From an uncultured Methanoregulaceae archaeon (GTDB lineage Archaea > Halobacteriota > Methanomicrobia > Methanomicrobiales > Methanospirillaceae): 64,000 nucleotides of DNA. Made by a program: the position numbers and the translations under genes. The stretch spans positions 1,728,001 to 1,792,000 of the forward strand of contig OY969564.1 in NCBI GenBank assembly GCA_963701095.1, read 5' to 3'. The notes below the pieces were generated by a model. That model was given only the letters and a program-made list of their open reading frames with translations, did no database searches and was not told the origin of the DNA. Of the stretch, positions 62,168 to 64,000 are shown one piece after another (position 1 is the stretch's first letter; each line of letters starts with the position of its first letter).

Positions 62168-62426
62168 ACTTATAGTCCCTAAAATAAATACTTTCCTATG
62201 ATGATATAATTTAAATTCATAGTTTTCAAAGGAAATTCTCTGCAATTTGAAAGCTAATTGTTAATAATGTAGTTTTTTTAAACATAATTAGTTTACTTAT
62301 TCTCAATAAAATATAGTAACTCTTTAATATTCTTGGTATAACCGCCATTTTGCGAATTTGAAGTCAAAACTTCCAAAATCCATATGTTCAAATATTGGTT
62401 CCGCGTATGAAAATCTTGGTGAGTAT

Positions 62427-62636
62427 ATGAAAATCAGTGCACGAAACATGTTGAAGGGAAAAGTAAAAATGATCATACCGGGCAGTGTAAATTCGGAAAT
62501 TACGATTGAGCTCCCAGGTGGGCAGGAAATTACCTCCATCATCACGAAGAAATCTGTGGAAAATCTCGGTCTTTCTGTTGGTAAGACTGCCTATGCAGTT
62601 ATAAAATCCAGCGAAGTAATGATCGCGATAGACTAA
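62427..62636 (+). CDS. TOBE/Mop molybdate-tungstate-binding protein
   Basis: MKISARN, ITSIIT and AVIKSSEVMI. Confidence 0.9.
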   Translation: MKISARNMLKGKVKMIIPGSVNSEITIELPGGQEITSIITKKSVENLGLSVGKTAYAVIKSSEVMIAID

Positions 62637-62769
62637 TCTCAAACTCTTTTTAGGTGTCTATAAGCGAATCAATTTGGATTCTAAGTGAGTTCTAAATGCC
62701 AAACAACCAGTTCAGGTAAACGTCGAAAAGGGTGTTTAAGAGAGTTAATTGTAAGTTCTGGGAGCACTT

Positions 62770-63342
62770 TCATTCGATAACCGTATAGTACGATCCCTCG
62801 GCACAGTTCCGGCACATCACGTTGCCATCTATTACGGTATGACGGTTGTCCGATATCTGCTCCCCGCATTTACTGCATACGGCTCTCCCCACGGGAAACC
62901 CGGGCTGGTCTTCTTTTGGAATAGTAATCTGGACTTTTTCAATCTTAAGGATCTCATCTTCCGGAATTTTTGCAAGTAATTTGATAACCTCTTTTATGTC
63001 CAGCTTATCGTGTTCAGCCCGGTTCTTTTCATGGATCGATACCCGGACTGCTTTACCCGTGTCTGTGTTCACAAACGTCGCGGCGAATTTCCCGAAATCC
63101 TTGTGCTTGAGGCTGCGGTGCCCCAGAGAACAGCCGGTAATTGCCTGGACAGCATCGGTACCACACCGGTCGATCTCCATATATACAATGAGATTGTGGA
63201 TCGGTTTTTCAGGATCTATTCCCAGTTCGCGAAGACCGGCAATGGATAACCGGGTTCCTAGAACAATACCGGGGCAGACATGCCCGTGAGATGCTTTTGC
63301 TTTTTCAAACAATGTTTCGAAATCGCTCATTTCAACCATCAT
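62770..63342 (-). CDS. FmdE/FwdE-family protein with C-terminal zinc finger
   Basis: HGHVCPG, DRCGTDAVQ, GKFAATF and CSKC...CRNC. Confidence 0.88.
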   Translation of the reverse strand: MMVEMSDFETLFEKAKASHGHVCPGIVLGTRLSIAGLRELGIDPEKPIHNLIVYMEIDRCGTDAVQAITGCSLGHRSLKHKDFGKFAATFVNTDTGKAVRVSIHEKNRAEHDKLDIKEVIKLLAKIPEDEILKIEKVQITIPKEDQPGFPVGRAVCSKCGEQISDNRHTVIDGNVMCRNCAEGSYYTVIE

Positions 63343-63350
63343 CCTTTCTT

Positions 63351-64000
63351 TTATCTTCGATTATAAGGTGCGGTCACTTCGGGTAGTCCCCTGGTCCACC
63401 AGATGTGTGCTCCAAGGGTTTCTCCACCCAGCACAAATCCATCGTTTTCCTGGCGCAGGATCGACTGGAAGTAATTGCTGACCGTTTCTTTATGGGCGGC
63501 TGTGGAACACTTTAATCTCTGGGAAAAATCGTTGACCGCATCGTCGATGGAGGCATAAACTGACGGCGGGAATTTTACTTCAACCTGGAGATTTGCATGG
63601 ATTTCCATCTCGCAGAGCACCTGCCAAAGCCAGTCGGCCATGGGTTCTCCAGGGAATTCCCCTCCGTGGAGGAGCGGCCAGAGATCCTTGTTTACCTGGA
63701 CCCATGCAGGAGGTGTGAGGAACCAGAAGAGGTGAACGGTACCGGCACAGCATTCCTGCATTTTTGCAAGAGCTTTCCCGATATCCATCATCGTAAGTGA
63801 ATAAGATGCGATGACCACATCGAATTTACCGTCAAGTTCCTCTATGGTAACATCCTCCCAGCGCTTAGGGATGATCCTGATATCCCGCACTCCCTTTTCA
63901 TGCATGTTCTCCGCCAATGCCTCCCGCATGACCGGAGAGGGTTCGACGACCGTAACCTCGCACCCGTGTTCAGCAAGTGGTACTGCGTATGTTCCCGGGC
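63351..64000 (-). CDS. Class I SAM-dependent methyltransferase, truncated at the window edge
   Basis: Frame stays open to the window end (PGTYAVPLA...VTVVEPSPVM); also KRWED and FDVVIASYSL. Confidence 0.8.
   Translation of the reverse strand, partial: PGTYAVPLAEHGCEVTVVEPSPVMREALAENMHEKGVRDIRIIPKRWEDVTIEELDGKFDVVIASYSLTMMDIGKALAKMQECCAGTVHLFWFLTPPAWVQVNKDLWPLLHGGEFPGEPMADWLWQVLCEMEIHANLQVEVKFPPSVYASIDDAVNDFSQRLKCSTAAHKETVSNYFQSILRQENDGFVLGGETLGAHIWWTRGLPEVTAPYNRR

Noticed and set aside
62250..62426. ModE box upstream of the TOBE gene
   Set aside because: No convincing match to the ModE palindrome could be read.
1..64000. CRISPR array or rRNA genes
   Set aside because: No regularly spaced repeats and no rRNA-like sequence were seen.

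Overview
Chromosomal window from a methanogenic archaeon. Gene content and order suggest Methanomicrobiales, possibly Methanoregula-like (inference). It starts at cdc6/orc1 with an adjacent ORB-containing replication origin. It continues through housekeeping genes, an AT-rich CDP-3,6-dideoxyhexose (paratose/tyvelose-type) plus GtrA/GT2 locus, the atwA-mmp3-6-5-15-17-7 methanogenesis-marker cluster, tRNA-Ser(CGA), thermosome, lonB and tldD/pmbA. The main find is a 7,389-bp unit transposon (47238-54626) with 26-bp imperfect terminal inverted repeats and an exact 8-bp target-site duplication (CTCTTGTT). It has one central IS6-family transposase with a SWIM domain and an apparent Glu-to-Gly change at the catalytic site, and a divergent 48-aa DUF2080-like gene missing from the ORF track. 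Defence-like cargo lies on both sides: a type II R-M pair, an HD phosphohydrolase with a YwgA/Panacea-like partner, and a wHTH gene coupled to a possible divergent TGT-fold protein. About ten single-base frameshifts, some in core genes, point to residual sequencing or assembly error. All family assignments come from motif recognition by eye, not database searches.
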